A stretch of DNA of 62,930 nucleotides, taken from the NCBI GenBank assembly GCA_023554335.1, contig JAMJQR010000033.1:1-62930 (forward strand), in the 5' to 3' direction. Source of the stretch: Candidatus Benthicola marisminoris. Lineage in GTDB: Bacteria; Gemmatimonadota; Gemmatimonadetes; Palauibacterales; Palauibacteraceae. The stretch's first letter is position 1. Each line of letters opens with the position of its first letter. Below the pieces are notes generated by a model, which was not told the origin of the DNA, did no database searches, and saw only the letters and a list, made by a program, of their open reading frames with translations. Shown piece after piece: positions 50,248 to 60,042 of this stretch. A program made the translations under genes and the position numbers.

Positions 50248-51222
50248 GTGAGTTCTGCTGACCGCTCAGTCGTCGTAGCGATAGGAGGGAATGCCCTTTC
50301 GCCCGCGGGAGAGTCAGCCTCGATCGGGAACCAGTTCCTCCACACCCGCGAGAGCATGGAGCCGATCGTGGACCTTGCTCTCCAGGGATGGCGTATCGCG
50401 GTCGTGCACGGGAACGGACCGCAGGTGGGCGACGAGCTGCAGAGGAACGAGATCGCCCGGTCCCGGCTGGAGCAGCTGCCGCTGGGCGTCCTCGTCGCGG
50501 CTACGGCCGGCTGGATCGGGTACATGATTCAGCAATCGCTTCAGAACGCGCTACACGCGGCAGGCAGCGATCGGCGCGTCGTCACGCTGATCACCCAGTC
50601 CGTGGTGGATCCGGACGATCCGTCGATGAAGAAGCCGACGAAGTTCATCGGCCGGTCCATCCGGCCTGGAGTCGCGGACGAGCTGCGCAGCGAGGGCACG
50701 CAGATCGAGGCCGATTCGCGCGGGAACCTGCGACGACTAGTGCCGAGCCCGCTGCCGTTGGAGATTCGCGAGTCACGTATGGTCGCAGAGCTGGTCGCTC
50801 GTGGTGACATCGTCATCGCTGCCGGGGGCGGAGGGATTCCGGTCTACCTCGACGCACAGCTCGGCCTCGAAGGGGTGGACGCCGTTGTAGACAAGGACCG
50901 GGCGGCCGCACTGCTGGCGCACGAGATCGGAGCCTCGATACTGCTGATCCTGACCGACGTCAACGGTGTGTACGAGAAGTGGGGAACCGACGAGGCTCGT
51001 CTGATCTCGAGGATGACGGCCTCGGAGGGACGGGCCCTGCTCGAGACCGGAGCGCTGGGCTCGGGCTCGATGGGGCCCAAGGTCGAGGCTGCCGTTCACT
51101 TCGTCGAGGGTGGTGGAGAGCGGGCGATTATCGCGGAGCTGCATGAGGGCCCGGCGGGACTCGCCGGAACGTCGGGAACGACCGTCACGCCGGACAGGGT
51201 TCCGTCCGGCGGATTCGAATAA
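50248..51222 (+). CDS. arcC: carbamate kinase
   Basis: VVAIGGNAL and HGNGPQVG motifs of the amino-acid-kinase / carbamate kinase family. Start at GTG 50248 behind GAGGA. The track ORF from 50182 overlaps the upstream gene. Confidence 0.85.
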   Translation: MSSADRSVVVAIGGNALSPAGESASIGNQFLHTRESMEPIVDLALQGWRIAVVHGNGPQVGDELQRNEIARSRLEQLPLGVLVAATAGWIGYMIQQSLQNALHAAGSDRRVVTLITQSVVDPDDPSMKKPTKFIGRSIRPGVADELRSEGTQIEADSRGNLRRLVPSPLPLEIRESRMVAELVARGDIVIAAGGGGIPVYLDAQLGLEGVDAVVDKDRAAALLAHEIGASILLILTDVNGVYEKWGTDEARLISRMTASEGRALLETGALGSGSMGPKVEAAVHFVEGGGERAIIAELHEGPAGLAGTSGTTVTPDRVPSGGFE

Positions 51223-51244
51223 CACACGAGCGGCAAGGGCAGTC

Positions 51245-52387
51245 ATGAACATCCATGAATACCAGGCCAAAGAGATTCTGCGGGCCCACGGAGTGCCGGT
51301 TCCGCCGGGAGAGGTAGCCACGACGCCCGACGAAGCGGGGCGGATCGCGGACTCAATCGGGGGCATGGTGGTCGTAAAGGCCCAGGTGCACGCCGGAGGA
51401 AGGGGCAAAGCGGGAGGGGTGAAGCTGGCCGATGACGCCGCGGATGCCCGGGCGAAGGCCGAAGCCATCCTGGGGATGGAAATCAAGGGACTCACGGTCG
51501 AGAAGGTTCTGATCACGCCAGCCGAGGAGATCGATACCGAGGCCTACCTTGGCATCGTGATGGACCGCGGGTCGCAGAGCGACGTGATCATGGTTTCATC
51601 CGAGGGTGGCATCGATATAGAGGAAGTGGCGGCCTCGAACCCGGAGGCGATCCACAAGCTGCCAGTCGACGCCAGATACGGGCTGCTGCCGCATCAGGCC
51701 TCGGCCCTCGCTTACGCGCTGTACGACGATCCGAAGCTCGCGCGGCAGGCGGCACGCATCATCTCGCAGCTGTACGCCGCCTACCGGGCCGCCGGGTGCA
51801 CCCTGGCCGAGATCAATCCGCTGATTTCGACGCCTGCCGGTGAGGTGAAGGCGATCGACGCCAAGATGAACATCGACGACAACGCGCTATTCCGGCTTCC
51901 CGACGTCGAGGCCATGCGCGACGAGTCGGCGGAGGACCCCTCGGAGCTCAAGGCGCGTGAAGCGGGCCTGAGCTACATACAGCTCGACGGCGATGTCGGG
52001 TGCTGCGTGAACGGGGCCGGCCTCGCGATGGCGACCATGGACCTTGTGAAGCACTACGGCGGGGAACCCGCCAACTTCCTGGACATTGGTGGATCGTCCA
52101 ACCCGGACAAGGTCGTCACGGCGTTCGAGATCATCACATCGGATCCCAACGTGAAGTCGATCCTGTTCAACATCTTCGGTGGGATTACGCGCTGTGATGA
52201 CGTCGCCAATGGAATCGTCGAGGCCACGCGTCGTATCGACGTCGGCCTTCCCATCGCGATACGGCTGACGGGCACGAACGAGGAGCTTGCCGTCGAGATC
52301 CTGAAGGACAACGGGTTCGAGGCCATGACGGACATGGACGAGGTGGTGAAGCGCGCCGTCGCACTGGCGGCAGGCAGCTCGAGCTAG
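51245..52387 (+). CDS. sucC: succinate--CoA ligase (ADP-forming) subunit beta
   Basis: [13 protein letters not shown]-terminus, ATP-grasp domain and C-terminal CoA-ligase domain (GGITRCD). Confidence 0.96.
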   Translation: MNIHEYQAKEILRAHGVPVPPGEVATTPDEAGRIADSIGGMVVVKAQVHAGGRGKAGGVKLADDAADARAKAEAILGMEIKGLTVEKVLITPAEEIDTEAYLGIVMDRGSQSDVIMVSSEGGIDIEEVAASNPEAIHKLPVDARYGLLPHQASALAYALYDDPKLARQAARIISQLYAAYRAAGCTLAEINPLISTPAGEVKAIDAKMNIDDNALFRLPDVEAMRDESAEDPSELKAREAGLSYIQLDGDVGCCVNGAGLAMATMDLVKHYGGEPANFLDIGGSSNPDKVVTAFEIITSDPNVKSILFNIFGGITRCDDVANGIVEATRRIDVGLPIAIRLTGTNEELAVEILKDNGFEAMTDMDEVVKRAVALAAGSSS

Positions 52388-52429
52388 AGCGAACCGGAAA
52401 CCAGCACAGACCACAAGAGGACTTCGGTC

Positions 52430-53305
52430 ATGAGCATATTCATTGACGAGAACACGCGCCTGGTGGTGCAGGGGATTACGGGTCGCGACGGCTCATTCCA
52501 CGCGCGGCAGATGATCGAGTACGGGACTCGTGTCGTCGCCGGAGTCACGCCGGGAAAGGGCGGTCAGTCGTTTGACGACAGTGTACCCGTGTTCAACACG
52601 GTCGCTGAGGCGGTCGAGCAGACCGGTGCGAACGCGAGCGTCATCTATGTGCCGGCCGCGTTCGCCTCCAGCGCGATTTTCGAGTCGGCCGACGCGGGGA
52701 TAGACCTGATCGTGTGCATCACGGAAGGCGTCCCGGTGGCGGACATGATGACGGCGCTGCCATACGTCCGAGAGAAGGGTGCCCGCCTGATAGGGCCCAA
52801 CTGCCCCGGGTTGATCGCGCCGGGAATCGGCAAGATCGGTATCTTGCCGGGACAGATCGTGGCCCCGGGCCCAGTGGGAATCGTGAGCCGTTCGGGTACC
52901 CTGACGTACGAAGTGATCTTTCAGCTGACCCGGCACGGGATCGGCCAGTCCACGTGCGTCGGAATCGGCGGAGATCCCCTGATCGGGACGGACTTCGTGG
53001 ACTGCCTCGAGGCCTTTGAGGCGGACCCGAACACCGGGGCCGTCGCAATGATCGGCGAGATCGGGGGCACGGACGAGCAGGTCGCGGCGGCTTTCGTGCG
53101 CGACCATATGACGAAACCGGTCGTCGGGTTCATTGCCGGCCAGACGGCGCCGCCGGGCCGCAGAATGGGCCATGCCGGGGCCATCATCTCGGGCTCGGAG
53201 GGAACGGCGGCGGAGAAGATGGCGGCCTTCCGCGAGTGCGGAATCGCGGTGGCTGAGAGGCCGGCGGACCTGGTCGGCCTCATCGAGACCAGACTGCAGG
53301 ACTGA
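52430..53305 (+). CDS. sucD: succinate--CoA ligase subunit alpha
   Basis: SRSGTLTYE and phosphohistidine loop MGHAGAI. Confidence 0.96.
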   Translation: MSIFIDENTRLVVQGITGRDGSFHARQMIEYGTRVVAGVTPGKGGQSFDDSVPVFNTVAEAVEQTGANASVIYVPAAFASSAIFESADAGIDLIVCITEGVPVADMMTALPYVREKGARLIGPNCPGLIAPGIGKIGILPGQIVAPGPVGIVSRSGTLTYEVIFQLTRHGIGQSTCVGIGGDPLIGTDFVDCLEAFEADPNTGAVAMIGEIGGTDEQVAAAFVRDHMTKPVVGFIAGQTAPPGRRMGHAGAIISGSEGTAAEKMAAFRECGIAVAERPADLVGLIETRLQD

Positions 53306-53321
53306 GAGGGAGATAGATCGC

Positions 53322-53747
53322 ATGACCGGGACAGAAACGCTGACCATCATCAAGCCGGATGCTTTCGGATCCGGAAAGGCGGGAAAGATCATCGCGCATC
53401 TGGAAGCCGCTGGGTTCAGGCTCGCCGGTGCGAGGGTGATGCGCCTCTCGCGGCCGGAGGCCGAGGCGTTCTATTCGGTGCACCGGGAACGACCGTTCTT
53501 CGGCTCTCTCGTTGAGTTCATGACATCGGGGTCCTGCATGCCCATGATGCTCAGGCGCGCCGATGCCGTGGCCGAGCTGCGCCGGGTCATTGGAGCGACG
53601 GATCCGGCGGAAGCCGAGGCGGGTACGGTTCGGGCGTTGTATGCGGAGAGCAAGGAGCGCAACGCGATCCACGCATCGGACTCGGATGAGAACGCGGAGA
53701 TCGAGATCTCCTTCTTCTTCGCCGGCACCGATCGCCTCGGGGGATAA
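53322..53747 (+). CDS. ndk: nucleoside-diphosphate kinase
   Basis: TLTIIKPDAF and NAIHASDS (active-site His) motifs. 141 aa from ATG 53322 behind GGGAG. Confidence 0.94.
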   Translation: MTGTETLTIIKPDAFGSGKAGKIIAHLEAAGFRLAGARVMRLSRPEAEAFYSVHRERPFFGSLVEFMTSGSCMPMMLRRADAVAELRRVIGATDPAEAEAGTVRALYAESKERNAIHASDSDENAEIEISFFFAGTDRLGG

Positions 53748-53787
53748 TGCCAGGTCGACCGGATTGACAGAAACGGTCTGAAACGCT

Positions 53788-54360
53788 ATGAATAGCGGCT
53801 TTCCGGCAGCACGGATCGACCTCGATCGGTTGCGCGGCGGACCGGCCGAGGGAACGGCGGATCTGCCTGCCGACGCGGCGGCCTGGGGTCTGGAGGAAAT
53901 CGAGATCGCGGAGCCCCCGCGGCTTCGATACCGGGCGGAGCCGGGCGGAAACGGCGGGATACGGGTGACCGGGCAGTTGCAGGCGCGGCTGACGGTCAGC
54001 TGTCGCCGCTGCCTGGAGCCGGTCCTGTGTGATCTGGAGATCGAATTCGACTATCGATTCGATCCCGCGGTTCGGGTGGAAGACGGAGAGGAATCGGTCT
54101 TTCCGCTGGACCCGGACGGAGCGGAGCTGGACCTCAGCCGGGCGCTCCGCGAGGAGTTGCTGCTGGCCACGCCGGAATACCCGGTGTGCGAGGACAGCTG
54201 CCGCGGCCTCTGCCCGAGGTGCGGCGCGGAGCTCAATCAGGACGCGGACTGCGGCTGCGGCGGGGAAGAACCGGACCCCCGCTGGAACGTGTTGAGAGAG
54301 ATGGTGTCGGACGGACGGGCCGAAGGACACCTTGGCGAATACGATGGAAACGACGGATAG
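53788..54360 (+). CDS. yceD: YceD/DUF177-family protein
   Basis: Conserved position immediately upstream of rpmF. C-terminal Cys-rich region (CEDSCRGLCPRCGAELN...CGC) and acidic character typical of DUF177. Confidence 0.8.
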   Translation: MNSGFPAARIDLDRLRGGPAEGTADLPADAAAWGLEEIEIAEPPRLRYRAEPGGNGGIRVTGQLQARLTVSCRRCLEPVLCDLEIEFDYRFDPAVRVEDGEESVFPLDPDGAELDLSRALREELLLATPEYPVCEDSCRGLCPRCGAELNQDADCGCGGEEPDPRWNVLREMVSDGRAEGHLGEYDGNDG

Positions 54361-54371
54361 GGAGTTGCATC

Positions 54372-54554
54372 ATGGCGGTACCCAAGAAGCGGACCTCGAA
54401 GCAGCGTAAGCGGAAGCGGCGCACGCATCACGTGGCCGCGGCCACCGCGCACCAGGCCTGCCCGCGATGTGGCGATCCTCGCCGGCCCCACAGAGTGTGC
54501 CCGACGTGCGGCCATTACGGTGAGCGGGAGATCGTCCGTACCGAAGAGTTCTGA
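54372..54554 (+). CDS. rpmF: 50S ribosomal protein L32
   Basis: MAVPKKRTSKQRKRKRR N-terminus and zinc-ribbon CPRCG...CPTCG. 60 aa. Confidence 0.95.
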   Translation: MAVPKKRTSKQRKRKRRTHHVAAATAHQACPRCGDPRRPHRVCPTCGHYGEREIVRTEEF

Positions 54555-54581
54555 CGGTCTCGCGGCCGAGTCCGTACTGAC

Positions 54582-55592
54582 ATGCGTCGCATCGCGGTGG
54601 ACGCGATGGGAGGAGACGGCGCGCCCGGCATCATTGTCGAGGGCGCGCTGTCTGCCGTTAGGGAGTGGCCGGGACGTTTCGCGGTCTCGCTGGTCGGGAT
54701 TCCGGAGCGCATAGAGGCCGAGCTGCCGGCCGACGTACCGGATCGGATCGAAGTCGTTCCGGCCTCCGAGATCATCGTAGGGGACGAGTCTCCCGTGCGG
54801 GCCATTCGGCGCAAGCGGGACAGTTCCATCGTCGTGGGCCTCGGACTTCTCCGGAGCGGCGAGGCCGATGCCTTCATCAGCGCCGGCTCCACGGGGGCTG
54901 TAATGGCGGGTTCGCGGCTCCTCCTGGGGATGATCGCCGGAGTGGAGCGACCCACCCTGGGTACGATCTTCCCGACGGCCGGTCCACCGGTGCTCGTGGT
55001 GGACTCGGGTGCGAACATCGACACCCGCGCCTCGCACCTCCACCAGTTTGCGCATCTCGGTTCCGTCTACATGCGCGACCTGCTAGGGCTCGAGCGTCCC
55101 CGGGTTGGGCTGCTCAACGTGGGCGAGGAACAGACGAAGGGAGGAGACCGGGCGGTCACCACGTATCGCCTGCTGGAAGAGGATGAAGACCTGCACTTCG
55201 TGGGCAACGTCGAGGGACACGGAATCATCCGAGGCATGTGCGACGTTCTCGTGTGCGATGGATTCGCGGGCAACGTGCTCCTGAAGTTCTATGAGTCGAT
55301 CGCCGGATTCATGGCCGGCGTGCTCGAAGCGAAACTCGATCCCGAGGCGTGCGGGGACGGCCTCCGCGAGGCGCTCACCATGTTGGACTACACGCAATAC
55401 GGGGGCGCGCCCTTGTTGGGCGTCAACGGCGTGTCGGTGATCTGCCACGGCGCGTCGCCCCCGAGGGCGATCAAGAACGCCATAGGGGTCGCGGCGACCT
55501 GCGTGGAATCGGGGATGGTCGAGGACCTCGCGTCCGAATTCGGGCCGACGAGTCGTCGGGCCAGAGTGTGGCGCCGGATTCGCCGGCGCTGA
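54582..55592 (+). CDS. plsX: phosphate acyltransferase PlsX
   Basis: IAVDAMGGD N-terminal motif and full-length PlsX-like sequence, in the rpmF-plsX context. Confidence 0.94.
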   Translation: MRRIAVDAMGGDGAPGIIVEGALSAVREWPGRFAVSLVGIPERIEAELPADVPDRIEVVPASEIIVGDESPVRAIRRKRDSSIVVGLGLLRSGEADAFISAGSTGAVMAGSRLLLGMIAGVERPTLGTIFPTAGPPVLVVDSGANIDTRASHLHQFAHLGSVYMRDLLGLERPRVGLLNVGEEQTKGGDRAVTTYRLLEEDEDLHFVGNVEGHGIIRGMCDVLVCDGFAGNVLLKFYESIAGFMAGVLEAKLDPEACGDGLREALTMLDYTQYGGAPLLGVNGVSVICHGASPPRAIKNAIGVAATCVESGMVEDLASEFGPTSRRARVWRRIRRR

Positions 55593-55643
55593 ATCCGTAG
55601 GGGATGGCCGTGCCGAGAGGCTCGGCCCCGGAGGTTGTGGCCA

Positions 55644-56597
55644 GTGTCAGCAAGTAAGATCGCGCTCCTGATGCCCGGTCAGGGCTCCCAGTTCGTGGGC
55701 ATGGGGAGAGAACTGGCGGAGAGTGAGCCGCAGGCCGCTGAAGCGTTCGAGCGGGCCAACGACGTGCTCGGAGTGGATCTTCGTCGGCTTTGCTGGGAGG
55801 GGCCGGAGGAGGAGTTGACGCGCACGGAGAACGCTCAACCGGCGATCCTGCTTCACAGCTACGCGGCGTGGTCGTGCATTCCCTCCGAAATCCGGGAGCG
55901 CGTCAGCGTCGGCGCGGGGCACTCACTCGGGGAGTTTTCCGCCTACCTGGCCGCCGGCGCACTGATATTCGACGACGCCCTGCGCCTGGTCCGCCGCAGG
56001 GGTGAGCTGATGGGCAGGGCGGGGACGATTCGCCCCGGCACCATGGCGGCGGTGATCGGCCTCGACGCGGATGCCGTGCGCGAGGTGTGTGAGGGGGTCG
56101 ACGAGGGCATCGTGGTCCCGGCGAACTACAACGCTCCCGGACAGGTGGTGGTCAGCGGGGACATCGAGGCGGTAGACGCGGCTCGCGAGCGAGCGCTGGA
56201 AGCCGGAGCGAAGAGGGCGGTTCGTCTCAACGTGAGCGGGGCGTTCCACTCCCCGTTGATGGAGGATGCTCGGGAAGGTCTCGCGGCGGCACTCGAGGGC
56301 GTCGACGTGCAGGCGCCCTCCTTTCCGGTCGTTGCGAACGCCGCGGCGGCGGCCGTGCGGGAGGCCGAGTCGGCCAGGAAGCTCCTGGTTGAGCAGTTGA
56401 CGTCCCCTGTGCGCTGGGTAGAATGCGTCGAGTCCATGGCCGCGATGGCGCCGGACTCTTGGCTGGAGGTGGGACCGGGCAGGGTTCTCACCGGCCTGAT
56501 GCGGCGGATCGACCGTCGGGCAGTCGTGCGGTCCGTAGGGACGCCCGGAGACCTGGAGTCCCTTCACGCGCTCCTCGAGGAGGACGACGATGAGTGA
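55644..56597 (+). CDS. fabD: ACP S-malonyltransferase
   Basis: LMPGQGSQ and nucleophile elbow GHSLGEFSA. Start set at GTG 55644, 9 nt after GGAGG (55630-55634). The track start TTG 55635 has no spacing to the SD. Confidence 0.94.
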   Translation: MSASKIALLMPGQGSQFVGMGRELAESEPQAAEAFERANDVLGVDLRRLCWEGPEEELTRTENAQPAILLHSYAAWSCIPSEIRERVSVGAGHSLGEFSAYLAAGALIFDDALRLVRRRGELMGRAGTIRPGTMAAVIGLDADAVREVCEGVDEGIVVPANYNAPGQVVVSGDIEAVDAARERALEAGAKRAVRLNVSGAFHSPLMEDAREGLAAALEGVDVQAPSFPVVANAAAAAVREAESARKLLVEQLTSPVRWVECVESMAAMAPDSWLEVGPGRVLTGLMRRIDRRAVVRSVGTPGDLESLHALLEEDDDE

Positions 56598-57324
56598 ACT
56601 TGAGGGAAAGGTCGCCGTGGTCACGGGCGGTTCCCGGGGCATCGGCCGCGCGATTGCTTGCGAGCTCGGGGCTGCCGGAGCCGCGGTCGCGGTCGTCGCC
56701 AGATCGATCGAGGGAGCCCAGGCGACCGTCGACTTGCTGGAAGGCAAGGGCGCGGCCTGGACCTGTGATGTCACCGATGCCGCGCGGTGCACGGAGCTCA
56801 TCTCCGAGGTGCAGGAGGAGCTCGGACCCGTGGACATCCTGGTGAACAACGCCGGGATCACCAGAGACAACATCCTGGTACGTCTGAAGGACGAGGATTG
56901 GGAGACGGTGCTGGAGACGAACCTTCGCGGCGCCTTCAACACCACCCGCGCCGTGGCCCGCGGCATGATGAAGCGGCGGAGCGGACGTATCGTCAATATC
57001 GCCAGCGTCGTAGGCTTGACGGGGAACCGCGGTCAAGCCAACTATGCGGCGTCGAAAGCGGGCCTGGTGGGTTTCTCCAAGTCCGTGGCACAGGAGTTGG
57101 CGGCGCGTGGCGTTCTGGTGAACGTAGTCGCACCCGGTTTCATCGAGACCGACATGACGGCGCAGCTACCCGAGGAGGCTCGGGATGAGCTGTTCGGGCG
57201 GATTCCGCTCGGACGCTTCGGTGCGCCGGAGGATGTCGCGGGAGCGGTGCGCTTTCTCGCGGGGCCGGCCGCCACCTACATCACCGGGCAGGTCCTGGTG
57301 GTCGATGGCGGAATGGTCATGTAG
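56590..57324 (+). CDS. fabG: 3-oxoacyl-ACP reductase
   Basis: VTGGSRGIGRA cofactor loop and YAASKAG catalytic motif. Position between fabD and acpP. Confidence 0.94.
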   Translation: MSELEGKVAVVTGGSRGIGRAIACELGAAGAAVAVVARSIEGAQATVDLLEGKGAAWTCDVTDAARCTELISEVQEELGPVDILVNNAGITRDNILVRLKDEDWETVLETNLRGAFNTTRAVARGMMKRRSGRIVNIASVVGLTGNRGQANYAASKAGLVGFSKSVAQELAARGVLVNVVAPGFIETDMTAQLPEEARDELFGRIPLGRFGAPEDVAGAVRFLAGPAATYITGQVLVVDGGMVM

Positions 57325-57377
57325 CAGCGCCCGGTCGGGTGCTGAAGCAGGAACAACAACGAACCGAGGGTTGAATC

Positions 57378-57611
57378 ATGTCCGAAGCGGCTGACAAGGT
57401 CAGAGAGATTATCGCCAACGAGCTGGGCGTGGAGATGGACAAGGTCACCGACGAGGCTTCCTTCGTCGAGGATCTGGGCGCTGACTCGCTGGATACCGTC
57501 GAGCTCGTAATGGCGTTCGAAGAAGAGTTCGGGGTCGAGATTCCCGATGAGGACGCCGAGAAGATGCAGACGGTGGGTGACGCCATCCGGTATCTCCAGG
57601 ACAAGGAGTAA
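57378..57611 (+). CDS. acpP: acyl carrier protein
   Basis: 77 aa with phosphopantetheine site [12 protein letters not shown]. Confidence 0.96.
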   Translation: MSEAADKVREIIANELGVEMDKVTDEASFVEDLGADSLDTVELVMAFEEEFGVEIPDEDAEKMQTVGDAIRYLQDKE

Positions 57612-57637
57612 CCTCCCACTCCCAGCAGGAGTCGCCG

Positions 57638-58894
57638 ATGTCTACGTCACGGCGCGTGGTAGTCACGGGCCTCGGCCTCGTCACGCCGGTCGGACTCAAC
57701 GTCGAGGAGACCTGGGATGCGCTGATCGCGGGCCGCTCCGGCGGCGCCCCGATCACGCAGTTTGACGCGTCCGATCAGTCCGTCCGATTCGCGTGTGAGG
57801 TCAAAGACTACGATCCGGAGCAGTACATGGATCGCAAGGAGGCGCGTCGGGCCGACCGCTTCCTTCATCTCGTCATGGGTGCGGCGCATCAGGCCGTGGA
57901 GCAGGCGGACATCGAAGCGGCCGTAGACGGCGTCGCGCGTGAGCGCTTCGGCGTCATCGTGGGCAGCGGGATCGGCGGGCTCACCACGATGGAGACCCAG
58001 CACGCGAAGCTCCTGGAGCGGGGGCCGAGCCGGGTGTCTCCGTTCTTCATCCCGATGTTCATAGGCGACATGTCCGCCGGCATGATCTCGATGAAATACG
58101 GGGCTCAGGGGCCGAACTATGCGACCGTGTCTGCCTGCGCGTCGAGCGGCCATGCGGTAGGGGCCGCATTTCGCTCCATTCGCACGGGCGAGACCGACGT
58201 GATGATCACAGGGGGCACAGAGGCCACCGTGACGCCCCTGTGCATCGCCGGTTTCGCATCGATGAAGGCACTTTCAGAGCGGAACGACTCGCCCGAGACG
58301 GCCTCGCGACCGTTCGATCGGACCCGCGATGGTTTCGTGCTGGGTGAAGGCGCGGGAATCATGGTGCTCGAGGAAATGGAGCACGCAGTGGTCCGGGGAG
58401 CCGAGATCCTGGGCGAGATCGCCGGCTTCGGCCAGAGCGCGGACGCGTATCACATGACGTCGCCGGCCCCGGAAGGGGCGGGCGCGCAGATCGCCATGCG
58501 TCTCGCCATGAAAGACGCGGGGTTGACCGCCGGAGACGTGGACTACATTAACGCGCACGGCACATCCACTCCGGCGAACGACTCGACCGAAACGGCGGCG
58601 ATCAAGGCGGTGCTCGGAGAGAGGGCTCGGGAGATCGTCGTCGGCTCGACCAAGTCCATGACCGGACATACCCTGGGCGCTGCGGGGGCACTCGAGGCGG
58701 GCTTCTCGCTGCTGGCCTGTGCGCGGAGCCTCGTCCCCCCGACCATCAACTACCGCGAGCCGGATCCAGAGTGCGACCTGAACTACGGAACCGAGGGGCC
58801 GACAAACGGTCCGGTGAGGGCGGCACTCTCTAATTCGTTCGGGTTCGGGGGTCACAACGTGACGCTGGCGGTCCGTCGGTGGGAGGACGCGTGA
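57638..58894 (+). CDS. fabF: beta-ketoacyl-ACP synthase II
   Basis: Active-site Cys region VSACASSGHA, NAHGTSTP and C-terminal GFGGHNV. AGGAG lies 6 nt upstream. Confidence 0.95.
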   Translation: MSTSRRVVVTGLGLVTPVGLNVEETWDALIAGRSGGAPITQFDASDQSVRFACEVKDYDPEQYMDRKEARRADRFLHLVMGAAHQAVEQADIEAAVDGVARERFGVIVGSGIGGLTTMETQHAKLLERGPSRVSPFFIPMFIGDMSAGMISMKYGAQGPNYATVSACASSGHAVGAAFRSIRTGETDVMITGGTEATVTPLCIAGFASMKALSERNDSPETASRPFDRTRDGFVLGEGAGIMVLEEMEHAVVRGAEILGEIAGFGQSADAYHMTSPAPEGAGAQIAMRLAMKDAGLTAGDVDYINAHGTSTPANDSTETAAIKAVLGERAREIVVGSTKSMTGHTLGAAGALEAGFSLLACARSLVPPTINYREPDPECDLNYGTEGPTNGPVRAALSNSFGFGGHNVTLAVRRWEDA

Positions 58895-60042
58895 TTCTTC
58901 CGCGCTCGGAGGGGGGACTCGCGGTTCGACCGAGAGCCCGGAACCTGATTCCAATCGCCGAAAAAGTTGAGGGGGGCGAACGCATCTCGAGGGAAGACGC
59001 GATCGCGCTGTTCGAGAGCGACGATCTTCTGGCCGTCGGCGCTATGGCGGACCTCGTCAACCGGCGCCTAAACGGGGACCGCGTGTACTACGTGGCGAAC
59101 CAGCACATCAATCCGACCAACGTCTGCATCCTCAACAAGGTCTGTGTCTTCTGTTCCTACGGCGTCCGGCCGGTGGCTGACGACGCGTACACCATGAGCC
59201 TGGACGAGGTATACGAGGAAGCCGAGGCCGCTCGACGCGCTCCTACTCGCGAGTTTCACATCGTCGGCGGGCTGCATCCGAAGCTCCCGCTCTCCTACTA
59301 CACGGACATGATCCGTGGTCTCAAGGAAAGGCATCCGACGGTCCACGTGAAGGCCCTTACTGCCGTCGAGATCGCGCACCTGGCCCGGGTGGAGGGCATC
59401 GACTCGAGGCAGGTTCTCCAGGAGCTTCTGGATGCGGGGCTCGACGCGATGCCCGGGGGTGGCGCGGAGGTCTTCAGCCCGGCGGTGCGTTCGACGATCG
59501 CCGATCGTAAGCTCGCCGCGGACGAGTGGCTCCGGGTTCACCGGGAGGCGCACGAGCTGGGAATCCCCACCAATTGCACGCTGCTCTACGGACACGTAGA
59601 GTCGGCAGCTGACCGGGTCGATCACATGATCCTGCTGCGGGACCTGCAGGATGAGACGGGGGGCTTCAGCACCTTCATTCCCCTGGCATGGCATCCCGAC
59701 AACACGGCCCTCGGGCGCGAACTGGGGCTGGAGGGACAACGCACCGGTGGGGTGGACGACCTCAAGGCCCTGGCCGTAGGACGGATTCTCCTGGACAACG
59801 TTCCGCACATCAAGACTCATTGGATCATGGTCACCAGGAAGGTCTCCCAGATCGCCCTCTCGTTCGGTGTCGATGACCTCGAGGGAACCGTGGTACTGGA
59901 GAAGATCACGCACACTGCGGGGGCCGACACTCCGATCGGACTCGACCTGCAGGAGATCATTGACCTGATCCGCGACGCGGGGAAGACCCCGGTCGAGCGG
60001 GACTCGCTCTACAACTCGGTCGCCGAGCCGGCGGTCGCATGA
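58891..60042 (+). CDS. mqnE: futalosine-pathway radical-SAM enzyme, MqnE-like (aminofutalosine synthase; tentative paralog assignment)
   Basis: CofH/MqnC/MqnE-family sequence (HIVGGLHP, TNCTLLYGHVES..RVDH, DETGGFSTFIPLAWHP). The cluster motif is CILNKVCVFC (CX5CX2C). The MqnE versus MqnC call rests on remembered family features and is uncertain. Start at GTG 58891 or 58879, overlapping the fabF stop. Confidence 0.7.
   Translation: MILPRSEGGLAVRPRARNLIPIAEKVEGGERISREDAIALFESDDLLAVGAMADLVNRRLNGDRVYYVANQHINPTNVCILNKVCVFCSYGVRPVADDAYTMSLDEVYEEAEAARRAPTREFHIVGGLHPKLPLSYYTDMIRGLKERHPTVHVKALTAVEIAHLARVEGIDSRQVLQELLDAGLDAMPGGGAEVFSPAVRSTIADRKLAADEWLRVHREAHELGIPTNCTLLYGHVESAADRVDHMILLRDLQDETGGFSTFIPLAWHPDNTALGRELGLEGQRTGGVDDLKALAVGRILLDNVPHIKTHWIMVTRKVSQIALSFGVDDLEGTVVLEKITHTAGADTPIGLDLQEIIDLIRDAGKTPVERDSLYNSVAEPAVA

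Noticed and set aside
53764-53793. Perfect TTGACA (53764-53769) with TATGAAT 17 nt downstream, looking like a strong promoter for yceD-rpmF-plsX
   Set aside because: The -10-like element overlaps the yceD ATG (53788), so a transcript from it would start inside the coding region. With no alternative downstream start, the match is probably coincidental, or at best serves genes further downstream. Not reported as a feature.
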